The translations under genes and the position numbers were made by a program. A model generated the notes under the pieces. That model was not told where the DNA came from. It saw only the letters and a list, made by a program, of their open reading frames with translations, and ran no database searches. 64,000 nucleotides of DNA from Eledone cirrhosa (lineage: Eukaryota), in assembly GCA_964016885.1 (NCBI GenBank), contig CAXHJY010000834.1, forward strand, positions 62,001 through 126,000, in the 5' to 3' direction. Below, piece by piece: positions 48,611-60,230 of this stretch. The stretch's first letter is position 1. Each line of letters starts with the position of its first letter.

Positions 48611-49458
48611 ATAATTGGTAATAACTCTGTCTATGTTAAATCAGCTATTGAATACCTCCATGTGTACATACCACTTGTTGGTATGAAGACAGTATCTGCT
48701 GGTATCTCTCTATTGAGGGTTAGTGGAGGTTATGAGCAACAACTGCTTGGTGACAGTTCTGGAAATTGATAAGGACAAACACTACAGGTACAAAAGTACC
48801 AGCAACTTAACTTGTCTGAGATGTATGCAGACTGATGAAACCATCCAACACACGCTTGTTTAGTGTCTGTGATTTGTGAGTCTAACAACTGTGACCTTAT
48901 GTAGGACAGATCCTGCTATTGACCAAATCTATTGTAAAGATCAACCTGCTGCCTTTCTTTGATAGATGAAAGTCTTCCTCTGCCAGGTGGTTATGATGAG
49001 CAAAGTTATGTGTTGGCTAGAGTTGAATGATTTGAGGTCAGAGCTTTTCTTCTCTGGCTAAACCCTCACCTTCGTCTCCGAGTACCACTTGAAGAGTGAG
49101 GTGCTACCCTCCAGTAAGTTTTATGAAAGTTTGGTAGAGAAGTTGGAATGGGTAAATGGGCCTACACTAAATTACGTGGTTGTATGTTGGCAACAATAAT
49201 TTGTGTCAGGATAATTTGCATAATTTATGTGTGGTGTGTCCTGAATCAATCTAGATGTCTGTCCTCCTCCCCTATTTTAGGGGATTTTCCTTATTTTGTT
49301 TTTTATATTTATTATTATCTATTTATTATTGTATCTTTATTATTCTTGTTATCTCCCCCTCCCAAGTAAATTCTCAACTGTTTTTTCTTTCTTCTTTTTA
49401 ATGTCCTCAATGTCTTTGGTTTTTGTGGCCAAAAAAAGAAAAAAATTATTGCTTCACA

Positions 49459-50485
49459 AAGTGGTGGTTTGGCAGAATTGTTAGTGTTGGACAAATGTTT
49501 TGTGGTATCTGTTTCGGCTCTATGTTTTGAGTTTAAATCCTGTTGAGGTCAACTTTGTCTTTCATCTTCCTACGAAAGGTGTCGATAACATAAAGTACTA
49601 TCCAAAGTAGTGGGGGTTGATATAATCAATTTTCCCTTCCCTCCATATTGCCTGCCTTATGCCTAGAAACCATGATTATTATTATTATTGATCTCACCCC
49701 TCCTACATCATGTAACATTTTCAGATTTCTTTTTTTTGTTTTTATACTGTCTTTAATATTTTCAGCCTTTGCGATCAGTAAAAGAATTTATTCATCATCA
49801 TCATCATCACTGTTTTACATCTATTTTCCATGTTAGTGTGGCTTAGATGGGTTATCACATTCTGAGGTTTAACTGGCTTGGTTTCTATGACTGGATACAC
49901 ATCCTCAGGCCAACAACTTTACAGCATGTACTGGAAACATTTTATCACGACTCCAGCATTACCACCTTACAGTGCAGACTAGGTGCTTTTTATCATGGTA
50001 CCAGCATGACCTTCTTACAGTGTGAACTGGGGGTTTCTTATTGTAACGCCAGTACTGCCATTTTACAGATTGAGGGTGGTGAATTAGCAGTATCGGTAGA
50101 ACATCGGACAATATGCTTTGCTGCATAGAGTTATGTGTCTTTACGTTCTGAGTTCAAATCCCACCGAGGTTAACTTTACCTTTCATCCTTACAGGGTTGA
50201 TAAAATAAAGCATCAGTAATGTACTGGGTAATTGCTGGCCTTGTGCCAAAAGTAGTAATAATTATTATTGAGGGTGGTGAATTGGCAGCACCTGTAGTGT
50301 CGGACAATAGGTTTGGCGACAAAGTTATGTTCTAAGTGCAAATGCTGCCGAGGTTAGCTTTGCCGTTCAATCTTACAGGATTGATAAAATAAAGGCCCAG
50401 TAACATACTGGGATCAATTTAATCAACCTTCCCCTCCTTCAAAATTGTTGGCTTTGTCCCTTATTTAGAAGCCATTATAATTATT
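49459..50485 (+). mobile_element. Cephalopod-type SINE copies (49459-49690, 50072-50268, 50270-50485) around a minus-strand RTE 3' UTR relic (49790-50065)
   Basis: Same diagnostic blocks as 46219-46410. Confidence 0.8.
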
Positions 50486-50958
50486 CAACTTTCTGTCAAT
50501 TAATACACCTTTTTTTTTTCATTTCATTTTTGCAGTGAGTGTCCCATCTTCTGTTGGAAGAGCCAGGAATATACAGAGTGGAGGACAAAAAATTGGAAGG
50601 ACTCATTGCTTACACAACTTCTATAACATGAAACAGCATTCATAAATACACGTCTGCCTATGCTTCATTTAAAAAAGAAAACCAAGACATTTGCTACTGT
50701 ATACTATTTTACCATCTTCACCACCACCAACTACCATCACCACCTGTTCTCCAATTTTCTCAAACGATAACAAATAATACAGTTTTGCATATTAAAGTAT
50801 AATAATAATAATAAGTTGCAGCTTGTAAAGATGACTTCAATTATTTACACAATTTCAGTGTAAATAGTATCGTAAGACTACACTGTACACATTGGAAAGG
50901 ATTGTTTCATTTCTCATATATATATACACTTTTCAAGTTTTTCCTTTTTGTCGGCAGA

Positions 50959-51936
50959 ATGTCTACAATGTACCCTATGCAGTCTGTCTACTCCATGAGC
51001 GAGCAGTTTAACTGTGATTCATGTGAGAAAACATTTCAACTATATGACCAGTTGAAGGCCCACAAGAGAACTATGCATGCAGGAAGTGGCGAACAAAAAT
51101 CCTTCATTTGTGAATTCTGTCACAAGGTGTTCAGTCAGATTTCGTCCTTGCGTAACCACGAACGCACACACACAGGTGAGAAGCCATTCCAGTGCCTGAC
51201 ATGCAGTAAGTCATTCAGCCAGCGTGGCAATTTGAAGCATCATGAACGAATACACACTGGTGAGAAACCATTCACCTGTGCGATGTGTACAAGGGCTTTT
51301 AGCCAAGTCTCGAGTCTGCGTAACCATGAGAGGACGCACACGGGCGAGAAGCCCTTCACCTGTCCGACTTGTTCGAAAGAGTTTAGCCAGAAGGGAAACC
51401 TGAAAATACACGAGAGAACACATACTGGGGAGAAACCTTTCACGTGTTCCCTCTGTACCAAGTCTTTCAGTCAAAAAGGAAATTTGAAAACACATATGCG
51501 TAACCATGGAGACAAGAAAGAATTCTGCTGCTCCCTTTGTGGAAAAATATTTTCATGTAAGTCCCTGCTGAAATGCCATGAAAAAGCACATAATATAACA
51601 GAAGCAGGCAGTAGTCAAGAAATTGGCACAGCCATGGGGCAAGAAGCAATAGGGCTGGTCTTAAGTACCACGAGAGTAAATGAGGGCTCAGCAGGTTCTA
51701 TTGACCTTAGCAAAGACCTGTATAACTACCGCAGCAACAACACCAACAACAGCCATAATCATCCACAGCATCTATCAGCTGCCGCAAGTGTACAAGCTCA
51801 GCAGCAACAGCTACGCAACCAAACCAATTTTGGTGCTAATCCCAGTGGATTTGATCCAAGGGATCACCTAACTGCATCCCAGTTAGATTTAACCACTGAT
51901 AGCCGCCACAATCAGAATAGTCATGTCTATGTGTAA
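50959..51936 (+). CDS. C2H2 zinc-finger protein (7 fingers, 325 aa from the first ATG, Q/N-rich C-terminus)
   Basis: Seven CxxC..HxxxH units with TGEKPF linkers. The acceptor ttcctttttgtcggcag lies immediately before the ATG at 50959. Confidence 0.92.
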   Translation: MSTMYPMQSVYSMSEQFNCDSCEKTFQLYDQLKAHKRTMHAGSGEQKSFICEFCHKVFSQISSLRNHERTHTGEKPFQCLTCSKSFSQRGNLKHHERIHTGEKPFTCAMCTRAFSQVSSLRNHERTHTGEKPFTCPTCSKEFSQKGNLKIHERTHTGEKPFTCSLCTKSFSQKGNLKTHMRNHGDKKEFCCSLCGKIFSCKSLLKCHEKAHNITEAGSSQEIGTAMGQEAIGLVLSTTRVNEGSAGSIDLSKDLYNYRSNNTNNSHNHPQHLSAAASVQAQQQQLRNQTNFGANPSGFDPRDHLTASQLDLTTDSRHNQNSHVYV

Positions 51937-52294
51937 GGAGCAACATCAAAGCTGCCATATAAACCGTCCTTATAAGAAACTGAACTCTTTTGGACAACAC
52001 TTATTATTATTATTATTATTATTGTGTAAAGAAATAATTATTATTGGCAAGCACCTTAATACAGTGGTATAAGTCTGCTGTGAACTAAGTCCATTTCAAT
52101 TCTTGCTTAGAACCACTGAATGTTCTTGAGAAAAGCATGAATTCCACAACTTTCTATTTCTTTCTTTCTCCATAAAAGTTTTCTCTTCATGCCTATATAA
52201 GAAACTATTATTGCTATCCTCCGACCCACCCCAAATAATTGTTGGCTTTGTGCCTAAGTTGGAAACAATTATTATTATTATTATTTAAGGTGAA

Positions 52295-53615
52295 AGGCGA
52301 TGGATTGGCAGAATTGTTACAGTGTCGGATAAATGCTTTGCAGTATTTGTTCTGGCTCTTTAGATTCTCAGTTCAAATTCTACCAAGGTTAGCTTTGCCT
52401 TTCGTCCTTACAGGGTTGATAAAATAAAGTACCAGTAATGCACTGACATCGATTTAATCGACTTTCCTCTTCCCTTTAAATCGTTGGCCTTGTGCCAAAA
52501 ACTAGAAACAATTATTATTTGTTGTGAGGTACAATGGCTACTTTACTCAAGTTCAGTCTTGGAGTTGAGACTAGTGTAAGTTTTAATTCTGCTACAACAA
52601 TCTTTGTGTTGTATCTTCAACACCCAAGAGATTTTATTGTTTACTTGCCCTTAAGGAATCGATGTTGAATTTAGAAGTCATTTTTTTAAATACCTAATCT
52701 AATCCTTTTGTTATATTTTTAATGAAAGATACTGTTTACGATTTCGAAACGATTTTAAGAATTATAAAAAATAGAGGGATTTAGTATTATAACTAATTTC
52801 GTTATTATTAAGTTGGTTTAGAAAAGGTTCTCACAAAAATTTATAAATATGAACACCTTTTCGTCATAAAAACAGGTTTTAGGTAGTTTGGCATCAAAAG
52901 GGTTAAGGACCCATAGAATTTGAGATCAAATCACATAAAGTTCAACATTGCCCCTTTTTTTCATAATTCCAGGATAAAATGTGGGGATAATTTCTGAACT
53001 AGTAAGATTGATTCAATTAATTCTGTTTATTTTCTTTTACAAAAAAGTCCATGTATTTAGAGAGTAAAGAAATCACTCTTATTATTTGCAGAACCATGTC
53101 GGACAAAATATTTTGCTGTATTTAATTATGGCACTCTATATTTTGAGTTCAAATTCCGCCATGGTCAGTTTTGCCTTTCATCCTCCCAGAGTCAATAAAA
53201 TTAAGTACCTGTCAAGTACTAGGGTAAATCCAATCAACCCATCCCTAAATTGCTGGCCTTGTTTGTGCCTGAATTAGAAACAATTATTATAATTATTGCA
53301 GAATCATTAGAGCATCGCACAAAATGCTTTGCAGCAATTAATTATGGCCCTTTATGTTTTGGGTTCAAATCCCACTTAGGTCAACTTTGCCTTTCATCTT
53401 TCCAGGGTTAATAAAATAAAGAACCAGTCAAGTATTGGAGTCAGTACAATCGACTTTCCCTTCCCAACAAATTATCCTTGTGCCAAAATCAGAAACCATT
53501 ACAGTATCAGACACAATGCCTTGCATTATTTAATTATGGCAGCTTACATTCCAAGCTGAATTCATGCCAAGGTCAACTTTGCCTTTTAACCCTCTAGGGT
53601 CAGTAAAATAAAGTG
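52295..53615 (+). mobile_element. Cephalopod-type SINE copies (52295-52520 and head-to-tail chain 53085-53615)
   Basis: Repeated gagttcaaat..ggtcaactttgcctttcatc..aataaaataaag blocks separated by (ATT)n tails. Confidence 0.8.
52699..52906. mobile_element. TTAA-bounded MITE
   Basis: ctaatccttttg ... caaaagggttaa. The body is similar to 54544-54752 and 56917-57292. Confidence 0.6.
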
Positions 53616-54543
53616 CACATACCTAACCATTTTTCCAGCAACTGGTCCATACATAATTCTGGGCAAACGCTTAGTTACTCAATCGATTGCACATCTTGGA
53701 GATCAGGGAATCACTCTAAATAGAGCTGCTACTTCTCTGAATTGAGAGAAAGCAGTTCCGATACTACAGAAATGTGGTCAGAATGTCTAAGGAAAGAAAC
53801 GCAAGACACATTTTATCGGCAAAACCAACTGGCAGAAGACCCAGAACATATTGGTTGGATAACATCCATGAACTTGACTGGTTTCACTTGGGGAGACAAT
53901 TGCTTCTGACATGACCCGCTGGGAGGCATGATTGAGGACAATGCTCTCATGAATAAATAGGCAAAAAAGAAGGAAGGTTAAGTCGTGAGGTTAGATTTTA
54001 TTTTAAACATTTACACCTTTAAGTAATTATAGTAGAGGGGTAATGTTTTTAGGGAATTATTATTTAATTCAGAAAATTGAATACTCTTGCATGGATCTGG
54101 AACCAGATATGTGGTGTACCTGAACTGGTGTTGATTTAATCCACTAACTGCTCCCTCCAAGTTTATGCCATCATTATTATTATTGGATTGGCAGAGTGTT
54201 GGACAAATGCTTAGCAGTATTTGTTCTGGTGTGAAGAGAAATGAAATGAGATGGTTGGGTTGTTTTGAGGAAGGATGAAAGTGATTGGGTGATAGGGATA
54301 GAGCCAAATGAATGAGATGATTGTTGAAGGTTGAAAGTAACTGGGTGAGAGAGGAATGATGGAAATAAATGTGGAAGGAAGTAAAGGAAGAAGACCAAGA
54401 AAGACATGGTTAAAGATGATGGATGAAATAAAAATCTGGAGTTGAGGGGGATGCAGATGATAAGGCAAAATGGAGAAGCTTTTCACGAAGCCCACAAGGC
54501 TTTAGCAGAGAAAATGGCCTTAAATACTTGTTGTTGTTGTTGT

Positions 54544-54752
54544 ATAACCCTTTTTTTACTGTTACCATAAAGACACTGCCTTTATGTTTAAAATAATTCT
54601 GAAAATAATCAAGAATTTGGAGGGATTCAGTAAGATTTTTCTCATTAATAAGCCAGTGTTTGGAACATAACTTAACAGAGATTCTTACATAAAATTATGA
54701 TGGAAGATTTTAAAATAAACTTTAAGAAGCAATTTGGTATCAAGAGGGTTAA
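54544..54752. mobile_element. TTAA-bounded MITE
   Basis: ataaccctttt ... caagagggttaa. It shares gaaaataatcaagaatttggag with the 56917 copy. Confidence 0.6.
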
Positions 54753-54949
54753 TCTGTTGCCTAGTTTAACACCACCACTGGCCCTTGAGTACCTTTAGCA
54801 GAGCCCTCTTTGTTACAAGTATTTGGGCCATGTCTCCAGTTCTTCCCTCCCTTCCACCAGTCTCAGAATCATAAGTACTGCCCCTTTTACCTCTCACTAA
54901 GATAGTAAAAAATTAATTCTACTTTTTAACATTTAAACTTTACAGACCA

Positions 54950-55735
54950 TCACTTGTGCTTATGCCTGCATTGTGTTCTTAAGCAAAACAATTTATTTCA
55001 CGTCGCTCAAGTCCACTTGGCTGTAAAAAAAAAGAAGAGTTGTATCTGTAATTCAAAGAGTCAGTTTTATTGCATGCTGAATCTTCCTGAGAATTACGTT
55101 AAGGGTACATGTGTGTGTGTGTGGAATTGCACAGCTACTTGCATTTTAATTTCACAAGCAGGCTGTTCCATTGTTTAAACAAGTGGAAGACTCCTTGTTA
55201 AAACCAGCAGAAGTCCATCACACTACCTGAAGAATGACCTCCATCTTCATAAGTGTTAATTTTTACATCTGTTGGTTGCAGTAGTTTTTGTTACTATTTA
55301 TTCCCTAAATGTCTGGTGACCATCAGTTGCAACTGATGTACTTATCTCTGTACTTGCTTAACACATAACTATCATATCTACAATGGCCAGAATCCTCCTC
55401 TTCATCAATGTGGACACAACATGGTTGAATGGTTAAGAGATTTGCTTCACAATCACTAAATCCTTCGTTCAATCTCATTTCATGGCATCTTGGTCAAGTG
55501 TTATTCACCATAGCTTCAGGTTGACCCAAGCTTTGTGAGTGAAACTGGGTAGACTGAACCTGTAATTCAAAAGGCCAGCTTTGACACACATTGTTTCATG
55601 CTGAATCTTCCTGAGAATTATGTTAAGGATACACATCTGTGGAATGGTCAGCTACTGGCACGTTTATTTCACGAGCAGGCAGTTCATTTGATTGAACAAC
55701 TGGAAGACTCATGATTGAAACTGATGGAGGCCCAT
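54950..55735 (+). mobile_element. Two copies of another SINE-like repeat (54950-55220 and 55420-55735)
   Basis: Shared ctgtaattcaaa..atgctgaatcttcctgagaatta.gttaagg..tggaagactc. The second copy has a tRNA-like head. Confidence 0.7.
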
Positions 55736-56835
55736 ACCTTTCCTTTCTTCCATTCACTTGAGTAATCTCTGTGTTGTGCTGTTAGCCATTATCGACAATG
55801 ACAAAGCAATAAAGGGGCTCTTTATGTGGTCACTCAAATTGTAAAAAATAGTAGCTAAATATCCCTCAAATCACTCTTAAAATACAAAAAGACATATCGG
55901 GTAATGTAATCCTGATTAGTCCTTGATAGACTCTGAAAAAAAGGACAAAATGGTTAAAGTTTGAATGCTTTTTTTTTTTTTTTTGTCTTAGGTTTGGTCA
56001 ATCCATGTTGACCTATGACTAAACAACAACAGCAGCAACAACTTCTGCTCATAATGTGACATTGGCCTTAAACAAATTTATTGAAATATAAGTCTATTTA
56101 TATTACTTTTTTTTTTTTTTGCTGTTATAAACTACTTGGAGGTTATTGAAGTGGCAAAGATATAGAGTGCTGGAGTGAATGCCTTGCTATATTTAGTCCT
56201 CTCTCTTGCTCTCTCTATATATTCTGAGTTCAAATCAGTTTGTCTTTCATACCTCTGGGGCCATTCTGGGCTCAATTTTAATCCTTCTTCCCTATGAATT
56301 TGTAGAATCATGCCATGCTTAAACATTAGAAGTTACTGTTATCTTGCATCTTTGTGATTCAAATTTGACATATTCTTCACATCTCCAAGGTGCCTCCTTC
56401 CCTCCCAAGCACAGTATGGAGGGGAGGTTGGGGATATACATTGTTGTTTATAGATCACCTCCTGCTGTCTTATCCAAGTCCAACCATGGCTCTCACCATT
56501 AACCACTTTTTCAGGTGGCTTTATTACTACTATTACCACCACCACCACCATCACTACTGCTTTTATTACCACTAATCCCTTCCCTTTTTTTCAGCTGTGC
56601 TACCAACACCATTGCTTCTACTACTACTATCAATATTGTCACCCTCACCATCATTTTCACCAACAGCACTAGCATTGCAATTTGCACTGTTTCTAAGCAA
56701 CAATCATTGCCATGACCACCATCACCACCACCGATATTGCCTACACTATATACATCTTCATCTCTTCTGTTGCTAGACAACTAACAATCACTACTATCAC
56801 CCTCCCTCCTCATACACCACCCTCTATTACTCACC

Positions 56836-57699
56836 TTAACCCTTTGAACCCTACCACATGTATGGTCTCCAACCCTGGCCGTCCACATAAAAATCACTGA
56901 AAAAGAAAAAAATTTATTAACCTTTTTGTTATCATATACCCAATGAAAGACACTGCCTATAATTTTGAAAATAATCAAGAATTTGGAGATATAACTAATT
57001 TTCTCGTTAAGCTGGGTTTTAGAACATAAAATAACAAAGGTTCTTTAATAAATTATAAACAATTCAACCCTTTCATTTTAATATTTCTAATGAAAACCAT
57101 TGCCTATGATTTCCAAATAATTTTGAAAATCAAGAATGTGGAGGGATTTAGTAATATAACTATTTTCACATTATCAAGCTGGTGTTTGAAACAAAGGTTC
57201 TTACAAAGTTATGATGGAAGTTTTTTTTTAAACAATTTAAATAATAGTGGAACCAAAGCCAATTTCAAGTGATTTAATATCAAAAGAGTTAAACTTGAAT
57301 AATAGATAATAAATAATTTAACAAAAATCACAGCAATGCCTTACTGGAGAACTTAGGCTTAAGTAATGTTGTAAAATAATTGCTGATTTGTGAAGAAAGT
57401 GGTGTAAATAACAGTAGTAAACATAAATGTGTGGCAGACTGGAATATGGGATATAGTCACATTTGGTTGGTGCTTGGTTTGTACTGGGATAGTGGGATAT
57501 AGTCAAATATTTTTGGTACTAGGAGACTGAGATGGTGGGATATAGTCACACATTGTTGGTACTAGAATAGTGAGATAGTGGGATATAGTCAAACATTGTT
57601 GGTACCAGAATACTGAGATAGTGGGATATAGTCACACATTGTTGGTACAACAAACATCTTTGGGACCAGAATACCAGGCCATTGGGTTCAAAGAGTTAA
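56836..57699. mobile_element. piggyBac-type non-autonomous element with nested MITE(s) and internal minisatellite
   Basis: TTAA-ccctttgaaccc ... gggttcaaagag-TTAA. A nested TTAA-bounded unit lies at 56917-57292, and ~43-bp repeats (gggatatagtca..ttggtac) at 57445-57660. Confidence 0.65.
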
Positions 57700-58403
57700 A
57701 GCCTAACCTCTTCATTAACCCCTCCACCACCAACGCTGCTACTACTATTATTACATTATATTTATTTCTAATTGCTGAATTGTTGAAAATTTAGTAGTTT
57801 CTTTTTTTTTGTTTTGGCTAGAAATAATGTTATTTTTTTACCATTTTGTGTTGTTAGCCCACCCCCTCCAATCCACAACCAGAAATGGTATTTCCCCCTA
57901 CCCCTCCATTTTTCTCATTCCTATTTCACCAAGTTTCTCTCTGATAACATCCCAATTCACATCTGCTGAAATGATTTTTACATTTTTTTTTTTTTAAATA
58001 AAATACATTGTCCTTAACTAAAAAAATAAAATATATATATATATATACATTGTTTTGTAATTTAAAAAAAGATATTTTCTCATGTTTTGATTTTTCTTGT
58101 TTAGCAACCTCAGCAAGGGAAGAATACTCTGTATGAAAAACAAGTAGTAAAGTCAGTGTTGACATGATATAGTGAGCCAAGAAACTATCATTAGTTTGAT
58201 TATTAATTCTGAAGACAGGCAAGGATAACCATCTTAAAACCATAGTTTAAAATAGTATGGTTAATGCAGTGATAACTCCAAACATGTTTCAGTCTTATTA
58301 AACCTCATCAACAAATTTTTGACAAAGACAACTTGGAAACATTTTATTTACTAGTTCTAGTCAGTGAACTGCAGCTATGTTGGGACTCAGCTTTCAATGG
58401 TTC

Positions 58404-58870
58404 ATCATCTTCATCATCTTACGACAGTTTTTCCACGCTAGCATGGGTTAGACGGGTTGTCCTGTTGTGAGCAGTGTCCAGTCGTCTGACCTTGTCTTGC
58501 TCATATGGGAACTGATTCTGGCTTGATTTCTACAGCTGGATGCCCTTCCTAACACCAACTTTATTTACAGTGAGTGCTGGGTGCTTTTTTTCCGTAGTGC
58601 CTACACGTCCACTTTACAGTGTGGGCTGGGTGCTTTTTTGCCGTGGCACCTCCACGACCACTTTGCAGTGGAATGATAGGGACTCCAGTCCTATCATATA
58701 CCCAATGATAGGGACTCCAGTCCTATCATCTCATTTCTACAGCTGAGTAAACTGGAGCAATGTGAAATAAAGTGTCTTGCTCAAGGAAACAACACATCAC
58801 CTGGTCCGAGAATTGAACTCGCAACCTTTCGATTGCAAGCCCAATGCTCTAACCACTAAGCCATGTGCCT
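58404..58870 (-). mobile_element. Full-length tRNA-derived SINE with RTE 3' tail
   Basis: Reverse complement of 36698-37040 with a longer tail that is near-identical to the RTE 3' UTR at 14125-14380 and 24567-24835. Confidence 0.88.
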
Positions 58871-60230
58871 TGTAGTTAATATTGACACATACTTATTTTG
58901 ATTGAATCATTATTTCTTTGACATAAAAGGACAATTTTATACTTGTTTAAACAACAAACATAAATACGAACACACACACACATCATCACCATCCAATGTC
59001 TGTTTTCCGTGCTTGCATGGGTTAGACAAGTTCTTATTGTTCATATGCTTTATTTTGGGCTTGATTTTCTACTGTAAGATGCCCTTCCTAATACCAACCA
59101 CTTTTTAGCATGTACTGGGAGCATTTCATCATGACTACTAACTTACATTGCTTTTTATCATGGTACCATCACTATTATCTTACAGAGTGGGCTGTATGCA
59201 TTTTATATATACATGATATAATACAGCTCGATAAGGATGTACTGAATAACATTTCTCAATGAATTGAAATCTGCCTTTTAGTTGGAGAAAAACATTTGTA
59301 ATTTGTTGAAAAAAGGAAATCTGCTCTTTATTAGCAGGCTCCGAGTGACAAAGGAGTTTTTGTAACTCAATGTAGAACAAATATCACAATGGACTTCATT
59401 CGAAGAATAGTCTTTTAAAAGATATGCATACATACATATACACATGCATATACAGATACGAGAGAAATGAAGCAAACATGCTCGATTTAGTATGCATGAA
59501 CAACAGGATGTGGATCATCTGAAAGAAAAGATGGGTATAAGAGGAATCATATGTAGTAGACAAGAAAGAAGACTTGGTATGAATATATGATGCATATGGT
59601 TGATGAACGCTGGGTGAAGAAGGAAGCTGCAGTAGAGGAAGACTGAAAAGGCTTGAGCTAATTTACAAACACTGAGCCTCACAGGAGATGATAAAGTGAA
59701 TGGAAGGAGACTATGCTAAAAAAGACTTGTTCAACATAAATAAGAATGGAATAATAGATGATGATATACACACATATATACATATATATATATACAACTC
59801 AAAACTCAAATGTGGGGAAATAAAACAAGTGTTTATTTGTCAACTGTAGTCAGATACAGTGGTAAAAGGAGTAAAACAACGGGAGGGTGGGGTGAGGCGG
59901 TGTTGGAGGTAATAAGTTTTTAAATATATATTTTTTTAAATATTCAAATATTTTTTAAAATTTTTGTCAACCAACTTTACTCTCATTCTCATGATCTGAA
60001 AAAGAGCCAACAAAAACAGCCAGTCTAAAAGATTAAAATTTTGACCAACAATAATGATAACAACAACAGATATACACCAAAAAACATGGTGTTTGAACAT
60101 CTGGAATAAACAACTGACACCAGAAATTACAACATAAACCAATGATTCAGTGTATGGTGCCACCAAACATTTTTCTTCTAATGCCCCTGTTTAAAAAGAA
60201 ATTTAATCACTTTCAGGGCAGGGGAGCACT

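Noticed and set aside
50902-50958. N-terminal extension of the ZNF ORF (likewise 61842-61889)
   Set aside because: Each starts at a non-ATG codon. The plus-strand one runs through a polypyrimidine tract and AG acceptor, and the minus-strand one through a possible acceptor, so both are probably intronic.
56500-56835. Thr/His/Val-rich ORFs
   Set aside because: They come from degenerate (CAC/CAT/TAC)n trinucleotide low-complexity sequence.
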